A DNA stretch of 64,000 bases from Albugo candida (lineage: Eukaryota): assembly GCA_040437565.1 (NCBI GenBank), contig JBDOQK010000016.1, forward strand, positions 1-64,000, read 5' to 3'. The notes beneath the pieces are model-generated. The model ran no database searches. It was not told the origin of the DNA and saw only the letters and a program-made list of their open reading frames with translations. This document shows positions 49,801 to 63,000 of the stretch, in pieces. Position numbers and translations under genes: made by a program. Position 1 is the first letter of the stretch. Each line of letters begins with the position of its first letter.

Positions 49801-52800
49801 TCCAATGCAAAAGCACAAAGGAATGTCAAGTTTGAGTGTGCGCGCTCCGATTGGCGCTCAAAACGAAGCTACAAATGGCAAGGTCATTGGAGGACCGCTG
49901 GGTGAAGGAAAAGAAGTGACTGTCGCAACTAATTCGAGCGAAGCGAAACCCCAAACAAATGTGGATGCAGCCGACAAATCATCAAATGTGTCTGGAATGA
50001 AATCTCAAATACCAAAGCAGCAAGTGATCAAGTCTTCTCTCGACACTGGACAGTTGTATCTGTGTGAGAACGATCTACTTCAATTGATCACAGCGTTTCT
50101 TTTTCATTGTGATCGACAAGTAGTAGCATCTCATCATACATTTTTGACGCTTCGTCAAGCGTTTGAAAGCGTTGACGCTTTACCTCCGCCAACTCCGGAG
50201 CATCGGAAAATCGTCGGTGCGGAAAACAGCTCAAGTCAAGCAGAAGGAAGTGTAGACCGGTCAAATCTTCTACTACCTCCTTTTAGCACAGCCAGACTAT
50301 TGTGCGTCTCCAATCGAGCGACAGATCAATTCTTGATGTATTTGGAGCACGATAACGAGAAAATGAAGCTTGAGGTGGACGAAAAGAATGGAATTAGCAC
50401 TCATGAGAATGCACCAAGGAAGTCCCAGATCTCAAGCTCAAACTTGCATTTATATACCATGCTAGAAGAGACATTGCTAAGTCTGAGTGATTTTGAGGTC
50501 ACCTGGACAGATATCAACGGTGAACTCGTCGCCAAAACATTTCGTGCTCAAGATGAGAAAGGCTTATCAGTCAATAGGTCAGAGCGAAGTATACCCTTAT
50601 GGATCACGTCACATCTTAGTAGCTCCGCTTTTTTGGAAGAATGGATCCCGCAGTATCGACTAAGTCAAGGACGATGTTTTGCCAAGCTGATCAACAAGCA
50701 TGACATACTTCTTTCTTTCCTACCATCATTGGAAGTCATGGAAACACATATTAAACCAGATCATTCGCCGAAAGATGCAAGTCAACGAGATATCAGTGAT
50801 TGGGACAATGGAAGCAGCGCTCAATCTATTTCAAATGCAGCGGATAATGAAGGAATTCGCGCTTCCAAACTGCGAAATTGGAACAAGGCCCGCATACACA
50901 GATTGAAGAAGGTACTTCATGACTCGACTTCATCTGATGATATCGTACTGTATTGGCAACGACGTCAAAGCTTTCGTGAAGGCTATGATATAAGCCACAA
51001 CAATCGACACAGTTGCCAGCACGGCCCGCAACTCTCAAATCATAAAGAAAACTTTTTGTTGGCGAAAGACTATAAATTATGTCGCAAATTTAGCCGTGAG
51101 ATACCTTATGGAGCTGATTCTCATCTTCTTGTGCAAAGTATGGATGGAACTTCTAGTACGGGATTCTTTCAAGTTGCATTTTACGAAGTAGCTAGAAACT
51201 CACTGTCACATGAGCCGTATCAATTTGATCGACGCAAAATTCAAAAGGCTAACGATGATTTGGAGGAGAAACCGACTATTTACTCACGCGTTTTACCAAA
51301 TTTGTTCACAATTCTTGATAGAGTACCCAAAGACGGAAAAAGCAAAAGGAGGGATTACAAGCTTTCTTCCGAGCATCGACAAAGAACTTTGTCAATGACA
51401 AGTGGGGATAGCAGAGATGGTTTGCAATCATCATCAGCTCGTCAGTTTCGGGAGAAGATGAAACGAGCGCATGAACACAATTTCTCTCGCGGTGTCTATA
51501 TCTCGCTACGGGAAGGCACTTTGGTGCAACAAAGTGATTTGATGCAAGCAATATCCAGTTGTCTTCAAATTCCGATTGATCTGGATATCACAGTTCTCCA
51601 TCGCACTATACAAGCTACCTCTACTCGTCCGGAACTTTTCCACATGCAGAAAACTTATCAGAAGAAACATATGAGCACCCAATGGGACGAACTGATGAAT
51701 AGATTTAAGGAATCGTTTATTCGAATACTCCTGTCTGACAATTTGTTTCAATCAGTTCATGGTACCGAGTATTACGTTTTTGGTGGCAATGAATCGGTTT
51801 TTGGAACGAAGAGAGTTGGGAATGTAAGTGAAGATAAAGTCACCGAATATGAAGATGACGACGGTTCTGGTCTGTGCTCTTTGGTTGCGAACAATATGTC
51901 AAATATCTCGCAGCAATGCAGTATTGATATCAGTGTCTCGGACAATGAAACTGAGGATGGGGTCGAGCACGACGATCTACAGGCTCCAATAAACGAGAAA
52001 GAACGCAGCAGCGATTCGGCTGATGATCAGACCGGAAGCTGGGACGCTCATGCTACATTTCGGAGCGATTATTCGACATGCATACGAGACGGGCGACACA
52101 TGAAAAACAGAGCCGACTTGAAATTGAACAAAGACGTTGCGGTTGCCACATCGAACCTATCCATGCCGTTCTTTCTACGTTTTGAATACGTGGAAGTTGA
52201 TGTAACCAGCATGAACAAAGATTATCTTCAAGCAGAAAGCGCTTGTGACAACAAGTATTGCCAAAAGGTTGAAAAACCAAGACCATTTTTTCATCGAAGT
52301 CACAGTACACATAGTCTCATTCAGCCTTCTTTTGACGAGAACGTCACAGTTGCAAACAGTACGAGAGCATTAGTAGATCAAAAGACTCTGCAATATGGAT
52401 CTTTGTCAGAAGTAGTCGAGTGGTTTGAAACTTCAAGCTGTACTCGTATTGCTTTGCGACTTATTACACTTACACTCCCGAACGAACAATTGTTCGAGCA
52501 GTACTCAAATAGGCGAGAGAATGTGTCTGCCAACGCGACGGCTCAAGCGAATGCATCACAGAAAGATGCAACAAAAAGGCAGGAGGTATTTGGAGCTCTA
52601 CCAGTATTTCAACGTCAAGTAATAAGAAAATTGCGTCAGCAAATTAAAGAATGGTGTGGAGTGGAGATTTTGAGCATTTTGCGAACGACTAATTGCATAG
52701 CGATGCCAATTGCACGGCTGGTGTCCAAATTGGTGCGAAACCTACCACAAAACCTGATGACCAAGGTCACTTATCCGCTACGGTTCACGGCTGATGTTCA

Positions 52801-55800
52801 AGAATCACCGGAAACGGCTCAGGAGATATTTTTGAGAGAGTTTGCTAAGGGGAACACTTACTTTGACTTGCTCGAATGCAATGGTTTACATTTCGTTGTG
52901 AAGAAAAGTTCCGAAACATCCGTCGCAAGCGTGTCAAGCGAGACAATAGAAAAAGCGCTAGATGTGAGCGCCACATATACGATACCTTTCTGGGCATACT
53001 TTCAGGTAGAAAAAGGCTTTGTTCATTTGTACATGCATAGCCCAATCGATTCTGAAATACATTCGGGTTCGACCAGTGCAAAAGAGTCGTTCAATAAACT
53101 AGTGGAACTCACTCGTCTTCATCTCGGTGTTCAAAGCGTTTGTAAGCGTGTGAATCAGTTACTACTGCTAGCTCAATTGCATGAATCGAGAACGTGTAAC
53201 GTACTCTTGCTCAGTCAACCTCGAGTAAATGCTCAGCGTAACACATCGGGTGGTCCAAGTTTTCGAAGCTCTTTCTCAACGCAAGGCTCACACACAGGAG
53301 AAACAACCTCCAGCCAACATAGTAATATTGAATTGCCACGTCAACGTGCCAACACGGTCTCCTCCGATTATATGGAAGATCAGTATCCCTCTTTGGAATT
53401 TGACTCCTTCTTTTGGCCTGGCCAATTCGAATGTCCACTACAATACAGCGCATTTTTCAAATTGCACGACCGATTAGCACCGAATGTGGCACTGAACATG
53501 CTTTGTACATCCGCTCTCGAACAATTTCAAGTGCATAACCGCCGACATTTATTCGTGTATCGAGATCGAAGTGGACATGTATTCTATCTCAAAATCAGCG
53601 TCAGTGAGACGATTTCTGAAGTGAAGGAAGGACGCACACAAAGCAAACTGAATCGATCAAATAGAAAGAACTCAGAAAGCACTCCCAATACATCAGATTT
53701 CTCGTATGCTGGTGCTGTGGAGCCTACTATGATGAAGGAAAATGGGATACTATTACGAGTGTTTGGTATAAGTGATGCTGGCGAAGAGGTTACACATGAG
53801 CTTTGCCGCTTACTGGAACGAAAGCTTGATGAGGCAACGTTGCTGATTCTAATGAAACTCCTTGGAAGAAACGCCAAATTCCAACTCAGCATGGCAGACT
53901 TATCGTTTCTTTGCCCGCCAATGGAAGAGCCTTATCATGTTCTCAGCTTTGGTCTTCCTAAAGATACCCAAAATACATCAGCATTAATACATATCTTCAA
54001 AAAGGTGCTCTGCTACGTTCCTTACGTGCGATATGTGTCAAACTCTGGAACAATTTCCTCTGGAAGAAATTGTGTGATTGAGCGTCGGCATGGTCGAACG
54101 AGAAGCAGAAAGGCATCTGAGATCTTTTCATCTACCTTACAATCAGAAGCACACATCAGCTTGCAGCACGAAAAGCCTGGGAACTTATTTACAAAATCGG
54201 AGACTACTCATCCTGCTTACTTGCAACCTAGTGAGCTTNNNNNNNNNNNNNNNNNNNNNNNNNNNNNNNNNNNNNNNNNNNNNNNNNNNNNNNNNNNNNN
54301 NNNNNNNNNNNNNNNNNNNNNNNNNNNNNNNNNNNNNNTTGAATTGCCACGTCAACGTGCCAACACGGTCTCCTCCGATTATATGGAAGATCAGTATCCC
54401 TCTTTGGAATTTGACTCCTTCTTTTGGCCTGGCCAATTCGAATGTCCACTACAATACAGCGCATTTTTCAAATTGCACGACCGATTAGCACCGAATGTGG
54501 CACTGAACATGCTTTGTACATCCGCTCTCGAACAATTTCAAGTGCATAACCGCCGACATTTATTCGTGTATCGAGATCGAAGTGGACATGTATTCTATCT
54601 CAAAATCAGCGTCAGTGAGACGATTTCTGAAGTGAAGGAAGGACGCACACAAAGCAAACTGAATCGATCAAATAGAAAGAACTCAGAAAGCACTCCCAAT
54701 ACATCAGATTTCTCGTATGCTGGTGCTGTGGAGCCTACTATGATGAAGGAAAATGGGATACTATTACGAGTGTTTGGTATAAGTGATGCTGGCGAAGAGG
54801 TTACACATGAGCTTTGCCGCTTACTGGAACGAAAGCTTGATGAGGCAACGTTGCTGATTCTAATGAAACTCCTTGGAAGAAACGCCAAATTCCAACTCAG
54901 CATGGCAGACTTATCGTTTCTTTGCCCGCCAATGGAAGAGCCTTATCATGTTCTCAGCTTTGGTCTTCCTAAAGATACCCAAAATACATCAGCATTAATA
55001 CATATCTTCAAAAAGGTGCTCTGCTACGTTCCTTACGTGCGATATGTGTCAAACTCTGGAACAATTTCCTCTGGAAGAAATTGTGTGATTGAGCGTCGGC
55101 ATGGTCGAACGAGAAGCAGAAAGGCATCTGAGATCTTTTCATCTACCTTACAATCAGAAGCACACATCAGCTTGCAGCACGAAAAGCCTGGGAACTTATT
55201 TACAAAATCGGAGACTACTCATCCTGCTTACTTGCAACCTAGTGAGCTTTCCGAACAAGCTCAAGCTTTACTAGTAATTGGAACAGCCGATAAAATATCA
55301 CCCGTGTACTGGAATTATCTCAAAAATCAAACTTTTATCTCGAAAGAAGAAACGAATGATAATTTGGAAGCTGCGAACGACGAGATGTTTGTGATAAATT
55401 TAAATCCGGAACTGAGAATCGCACCTCCATCTTTTTGGAAGATCGGAAAAGGTCTTATCTTGCTCAAGGTTAAGGTGTGTACTAGAGCCAAGCCAAATCA
55501 CAGTGGTGGAGAGGAACCGGAGATTGATTATCTACCCCATCCACTACAAGGAAATGATGCTTCACAGCCTAGTAAGGGAAACCAAAGTACTTTGATCCTT
55601 CATATGTCTTTGTGGGCTCGTGGCAATTTCGATTTGAGAGAGGTGGATAAACATTTGAAAACAGTTTTACAACAAGCCATTTGTGATTACTTTATTCAAC
55701 AATCAATGCGTCCACTTCGAGAATCACATCACGACACTCCTTCAGTTTATTCAGCGGTCATCTTGGACACACAGAAAGCAAAATCAACTACTTTGAATGA

Positions 55801-58800
55801 AGAGAGGAACACCGAAAGTGATAATTTCTCAACTGACTCAGATCGTCGCAAGTCCTTAATGAATGTTTCGTCTGACCTTCAATCAATATCAACGACTAAA
55901 CTTCGATGCAGGCTTCCTATCAGTGCCGATGAAATCGAGTTCGTTGTCGATGAGTTCGCTCAACTACTCGACAACATTTTGCCTACTCGTTTCCGTCCAC
56001 TTGTCATGTCTAAGCTGTCGTCACAAAAATCATATACAATCCATTCATTCGACTCTACAAAGCAAGATGTCTCGCTTGAGAATGGCAAACGCATTTTTCG
56101 TATCATACCTTCCAGCGGCGGCACAGGCAACGACACAGGATCGGTTATTCCAATGTCGGAGAAAGCATCATCATTCACGGCAACACTAAAAAAGCTGGCT
56201 GAAAGTGACATCTTTATGGACTCGACATCCGAGCACACGAGCCGTTCTCCCACAGGGATAGAGCACCAAAGTGGTCATGAGAGCGTCGATCTTTTTTATT
56301 ACGTATTAGAATTTGGCAGCAACGAAGGCTTTGAATTATTGGGCTACAACATAAGCACATCACTCATCGAGCTTTTGCTGCTTCATAGCTCTCGTATTCT
56401 GACGTGGTCCAGTCTTCGTCGAAATTTATCATGTTCTCTTTCCATGGCGATGTGTGGGCTTTTGTGGGCGTCACCGACTGGCACACATGTCATCCAACCT
56501 AAAGAGTTGTACATCAATGGTGGCACCAGATTTGTGACCCCGGTAACTCCGAAGAAGATAGCAGTTGATTACATTGGATTTTGTAGAAGTGTTGCAAACT
56601 TTGTTGGGCAAGTCCGAATACAGCCCGCACTGATCGACGCAAGCAATTTTCACCTTTTAGAAAGCACTTCACTCGGGAAGTATCTTAGAGAATTCGGTAG
56701 CATGCCAAACTGCACCATCTCATCCATAAGCAGCGAATTTCTGGATCAGAGCACAGCAATGTCGAGACCCCGTACAAAAAGTAATATGAGTAGACAAAGT
56801 AGTGGGACTACAAGTTGCTGCCCAGCTATAGTCGGGGACCTGAAGCGCGAATCCTCATCACAGTCACTTTCCCAATGGAGTGCTTCAAGTGAGCTTCCAA
56901 GTCCAGTAAGAAGTATTGGTTTGGACTATGCTGGAGCGCCGTCACCGATCAAGGCAACAAAAGCGACATCTCTTGGACTTGCTGAGAACCAATTAGAAGT
57001 TCGTCATGTCTCAAGCACACCTTTGATGCGACCACGGGACACTTCGATTGCTGCAAATGCGTTAATGGCAGCTCGAGTCAGAGCACGTGGAGGAGCATTG
57101 TCCGGATCATTCTCTGTGAGCCATTCTTCTCGCCAACGTCCTTTTAGCGGTATTACTGGAATTGCAAGCAGTGCCAATGCACCATCTTCATTTGGAATCA
57201 AAAAAGCAGCAGTGCCTTTGAAACAAGGGTCTCCTACTAATACAAGCGGAACATCAGTACGTTCACCAATAGCTATATTTGAAGGTAGTGTCTCTCAAGG
57301 TCATACAACTCCTTCCGGGCAAATTCGCCATTCAAGCATTGTGAATTCGCATATGAATAGTGAAGAAAAAACTCCGTCTTTCCATTATCGAGCTCGGTCC
57401 CATACCCGACCACTTCCAAGCACGAACTCAGTCAAGTCGCACACCACTGAGTATACAAAGAATCTGGATGAAGCGTCTTGGCCCACAGAACTCAAGTGCG
57501 TCTGGGGTCCACAATATCGACTAAAGCAATGTCGAAGGCATGGAGATGATGAGTTGAAAATCCGAACAGAGTCTCCTGCTCACTCAGTAAAACACATTGA
57601 TTCACTTCGACACACAACTGAACAACTTGACAATCAATGGGCTGACTATGAGGCTCAGCTTTCACACTACATGACCAAACTAAGCTTGTTCAACCAATTG
57701 AGACTAGAAATGCAAAATCAGGAAGCGTTTTTGGATACATCTGACTCAGGAAAACTGCCAGAATGTGATGATGAATACCAATTTCTAAGCATGACCTCGA
57801 ACGAAACAATCGAAAGCCTGATGAAAACGGGTCATACATTGATGCAGCAGCGCTACCAAATTCTTCTTGAGGACTCTGATACTTGGAACAGGTCGGACAT
57901 GACGCGTAAAGTGGTCGAAAATCAAATCGAGTCGCTGCAAATGGCACTGCATTTTATCAATTTGTTGTCGTATAAGGAAGAGATGATCTTTGGAAATGAT
58001 AAAATCCCAATTTCGCAACTCCACAAAGAACAAACGATCGAACAAATCTCTAATCATGAAGGCCCACATGTGTTTGAGATCAGAAAGCGCGTTACAGAGG
58101 ATGTAAACATACTCCAAAATCACAGAGCTCAAGTATTTCGTCGAGATTTCTTTCAGCACCTATCAACCTTTGGGTTTCGGCACCTTCAAACCGTCCCATT
58201 ATCGACTGGCTCGTCAATATACTCGTCGGCCTCATCAGGGGGTATAAAAGGCGAAAGCGATGTGTTCGCCTCGGAATGTACTCCTCAGTACTTCTATTAT
58301 GCGTACCCTCCAACACACGACTCACATCGGGAAGCCACGCAATTGCCTAGCCAGGATACACCAAAGTCCACTTCCGCTTCTCTTGCATTAGTGCTTCTTA
58401 AAGTCCAGCAAGCGAACCAGTTTCTCGACCTCATTGCTGTCATACTGTGCGAAAGTGACCTACACCGACTGGCACCAGGCATTCCATACACAAACGAATC
58501 GGATCTGGAATCTTCGTCTGGAATCGGGGATTTGGTTAGCACGGCGATGAATTGGATTCAATCATCGTTAAAAATCCGCATGATGATGTTCGATTTCAAT
58601 CTGCATTGCTTGAGTGATTCTTTATATCGCTACATCAATGTCGGACATAAGTCTGGGGAAGTGAATTGTTGGCAAAGCACTATACCGTATCAGAATATCA
58701 TCCCAAGTGTCCGATCAGTAATCAATCAATTTCAGAGATTATCCGATCAAGGAAGGCACGAATGCTTGCTTAGTGAGGGCACGCAAAACATAGCAAGTGA

Positions 58801-59884
58801 AGCCGCGTGTACGTTGCACTCAACATTGATGGAACTTCCAGATCGCAGGCTGTTTCCAAGAAATGAAAAATTGAATGTGGAAATTTTGCTTCGATATATG
58901 GCGTCACATTCAAATCGTTACGGTGTCAGTGACCTGTTTCATTGTGGAACTCCAGATACTATTTGCTGCATGTCATCCAGCGGCGCATTCACGAGCCTAT
59001 TGTCGACAAATGCGACGGAAAATGACGTCAATTCCCCACAATATGGGAATGTTGTTGACCGAATGAATACCTCTAGCACAAACTCTGGCGATTCAGTGAT
59101 TGCATTTCGCGGGTACGCGTTGTTGATGACGTCGCAGAACGTGGATGCTAAAGAGATCAACAAAGGAGAACATTGTCTTGAAGCTCTCGGGAAGAGCTGG
59201 ATCCAACTCTTTTTGATAAGATCATGTCCGATTACCCGAGACTCTGACCATAACGTATTACCTGCGGAGAAAGCTATGGAAGAAGCCAAACAATTTGTGA
59301 CGGAAGCGTTTGAGTTGGCTGCTCAACACTATGAGCGCGACCTATTGTGGACTCGATTGTTGTATCACGGCAACGTCGATTTGATTCGAGATATCGCCGC
59401 CACCTACGATCTACCGGTCGAAGCGTTTCAGCAAAAAGTGGGAGCTCAAGAACTGAATGACTGCCTTCGCTTATCCGCATGTACTTGCATTGATGACATT
59501 GAGCCGCATCTGAAGGATATGTTTTCAATTACTACAGTCGACTGGCAAAGGTTTTTCCAACATTTGCACAAGATGTATGATGAGAACGAACTTCGTGAGT
59601 ATCATTTCGCCGAAGACAATAGCTCTCATTTGATGTTGCTTTGTTTGGACGCCGGTGATCTCATGATTCATTTGAAAATAAATCTCGAAACCGATGACAG
59701 TCAGCTTCGCTGTACACAGACACAAGTTGACTCAAACAAACAGGTCGTAACGCCCATCCAGGTCGAAATATGTCAACGAGAAGAGTCATTCGACCAATCC
59801 TTTACGTCGTCGCAGAGACATGCGATCTCGAAGTTTGTGAATTTGACAGTGCACTGGCTGTGGAGCATCTTACTTTACGATTGA
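43889..59884 (+). CDS. SZT2: SZT2 (KICSTOR scaffold) homolog, 3 exons, ~4,181 aa after artefact removal
   Basis: Exons 43889-44494, 44553-44636 and 44689-59884. GT-AG introns of 58 and 52 bp keep the frame. Motifs QYRCVFCLDFSPS..VDPSTG, FQPEIHL, VLVQG, VIITDGV, FGYVSD..L.FLA.ATGG, R.REGF, WPGQFECP..F.LH.RL, LEQFQV.NR..LFVYRD.SG.VFY and YERDLLW.RL fit SZT2. Start codon is inferred. Confidence 0.88.
45615..50172. other. Assembly artefact: 2,229-bp overlap duplicated across an N gap
   Basis: 45615-47843 equals 47944-50172 (offset 2329). Confidence 0.92.
53328..55249. other. Assembly artefact: 911-bp overlap duplicated across an N gap
   Basis: 53328-54238 equals 54339-55249 (offset 1011, which happens to preserve the frame). 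Confidence 0.92.
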
Positions 59885-60020
59885 ATATATGTATGAGGGT
59901 AGCGTGAATCACCAAATTCAGCATTGTTCTGAGCATTGTGTAGCTCAGTTTTGTTCATTTTGACCTTAGAAAGCGGTACTGTAGAAAATATCTAGCGACC
60001 ATAAAGCAAGCGATCATTCG

Positions 60021-63000
60021 TTATAGATCATCATCATCCTCGTCTTCTTCTTCACTTGAAAAAGTATGGGGCACTTGATAATCACTCATATCTGATGGAA
60101 GTTGTAATAAGGCTCTTACTTCGCGATTGGATAGCAAATGATGCTGATGATCGGGTAGATCATCGTCACTTGCTTCGTCTGACTCATCGGTTTGCGGCTC
60201 ATCGTCCTCTAATATAACTTCATATTGATCGTCAGCATTATAATCACTGGGTGATAGTGAATACTCTTCGTAGTCTTCGCTGCCTTCTTCCGCATCTTCT
60301 TCAGTATCTGATTCATAATCCATCGAGTCGGTTGTATCTTCGTCTTCACTGTGATCCTCAACATCCGAATCGGCGTCTGCAGCTCGTCTGCGACCTATCT
60401 CATACAGCAAACAGCTATTGTTACGGTTGATGGACGCTCCTTCTTTTGCGCTACTTCCCTCGACCACGCTAAGAAAATTACCAAGAGGATCGACTCGAAG
60501 ATCCACGATATCGCGTTCTAATTCAACAGTGCTGATTTCTTTGTAATCACGAGCATCCAAGACGCGAAACCATGTTCTCAGCTTGCATCTCTTGCGCTTA
60601 ACGTCATCATAATCCCCTCCAAGGCTCTTTAACGGGTAATATACGAAGAGCACGGAACCTTGTGGGCTGAAAAATGCTTGAGACTTGTCCAGAGCTGGAA
60701 CTACTCGCAACAGCCGATATGTGCGAAGATCCCATACAGCGGCATTGATCACAACTTCGTTCCCGTTCGGGTGAAAGAATCCATTCCCAGCATTTGACAA
60801 TTTGTCAAATTTGTGCAATGCAGTCTTCGTTGAGCGCACATCCCATAGCATTCCATCTGTCAGGATCCTTGTGTCATCTTGCGCATAACATGCGTTTGTG
60901 TCCACACCATAGTCATTAGATCGATTGACATCATTCAAACGCGAGGTCACCTGTCCAGTTATAACGTCTAGAATCAAAGCTCCACGTGGTCGGGTTCCCC
61001 GCAAAGCGAGGCTCGTATTTCCCGATCGGTCATGTTCTTCGCTGTTGGTCACATCCAATGCAACCAAATGGTCCCCAAAATGATTGTATCTCGGACAACG
61101 GGCACCAATGTATCGCCACTGAAGCATGTCTTCTTCTCTATTGTTAATGTTCCACAGGGCAATTTCAGCGAGACCCGAACCAATGGCACCAGTAACAACG
61201 CATGGGCGCTGACTTCCCACAAAAGTGTTGATATTTGTTTCGAGATCGGTCACGCGGCTCCATCGCGAATGAGCCTCCCATTCCTGTACAACTAAATTGC
61301 TCTCAACGTTGACAAGATGAACAACTCCTTCCCGAGTACCGAGCAGCAGAGTTTGTTCCTCGGCTTTGGCGCAATAGAATTGCGCCGATATGATATCGTA
61401 ATACATTGGACTGTGATACAAATCTTGATACGGGCGGTATTGGCTGTAAATGTNNNNNNNNNNNNNNNNNNNNNNNNNNNNNNNNNNNNNNNNNNNNNNN
61501 NNNNNNNNNNNNNNNNNNNNNNNNNNNNNNNNNNNNNNNNNNNNNNNNNNNNNATATGATATCGTAATACATTGGACTGTGATACAAATCTTGATACGGG
61601 CGGTATTGGCTGTAAATGTAGCGATTGATGCCAGCATCAGCGTACGGATCAGAAAACGCACGCACACCATATCGCACGCCTATTCTGTCACGAAGCATAA
61701 CGCTATTCGTGATGTTTCCATGCGAGGACATTGAATTGTACATAATTCGAGAAGGCATGTGTAAACTTTGTGGCTCCGGACATGAATGTGTGGCATCCTT
61801 GCCAAACAATTTGAATGGAGGAACCGTAGTGACTGGGTTGACACACTGTCGATGTTGCTCGCGAAGGTAGTGTGTTATGATGTCGTCTAATTGGCTTTTC
61901 TGATGAGAGATAGCTGGATGCTTCACCTTTCCAGCTTGACGATCTTGTATATCAAAGTAGCTAGCCGAGTGAAGTGCGTATCGGATATGTTTTCGCTTCT
62001 GTGAATGACAAGAACGTCTTCTTCCTAACTCTTCGCCGTGGTACGACTTCTCTTTACCTTCCAGCTCCATTTTACTTTTCTGTTGCACGCTACCTTGAAA
62101 TTGAGCCGAGACTTTCAACTTTTTGGATGGTCGTCCGATGTTTGCAATCTTCTCCGCACCGGGATTCCCGATCGTAGGTCGTGAGCGTTCTGAAGCTGTG
62201 TTTCGATTACGCCGAATCGAATACGATTGCGAGGATTCCTTCGTATCTTCAGTGCCAGAGCGCAATCGATTACTAAACTTTGTCCGCGAGTATGGAACGT
62301 CCTGGTGTTTGGCATTGGCTTTGGTGCCTTGTACATTCTCCCTTCCTCTCTTTTTTTTCTTGCTTGTACTTATCGGAAGAGGTAAATTGGCTTCTTTAGC
62401 TAATGCTTCTGCCGCTTTATCGAATCCTTTAGTTGCCAAATGTTCCTGTATCAAACGTAATAATTCCAGTTGATCGTAGGTGATTTTTGTTTCAGCGACG
62501 ATGTTTGCTTTTCCTATTTTGCGTACGGTTGGATCTGTGGCTTCTGTGATCACAGTCGTGGGCGCACGTTCCGTCACACATGAGATGAGGTCCAAAGCTG
62601 CCTCTCGAAATCGTACATGCACGTCGGTGTTTTCTTCCAAAATAGGTTCGGAACGAATTAGATCCGATAATAATTGGCCCAGTTGCATTTTCTCCAATAT
62701 TTGAGTGATGTGGCGATCACGAGCGAGCCCCAAAAGTGTACGTGTCGCGAGCAATCGAATAATATCGGCGTTCTTCACTGATCGTTTGTATCTCAACAGC
62801 TGTATACAGACCTTGATCGCATTGTTTTCTCGCGCAATCCGGCGCACTGGACGCAGTATTTTATCATCTCGTGCGTACCCACAGCATGTGAAAGAATTTT
62901 TATCGGCATTTGGTTGAGATTGTATGAGATTTTGCCTGTACAGATTTGAATCGCCCGCATCATTTCGTGTCGACCAAGAAGCCATTGTGTATTGTCTCAA

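Noticed and set aside
47834..59884. 4016-aa ORF with an internal ~300-aa tandem repeat
   Set aside because: The repeat is an apparently identical 911-bp copy across an N gap, and the ORF start is created by another gap.
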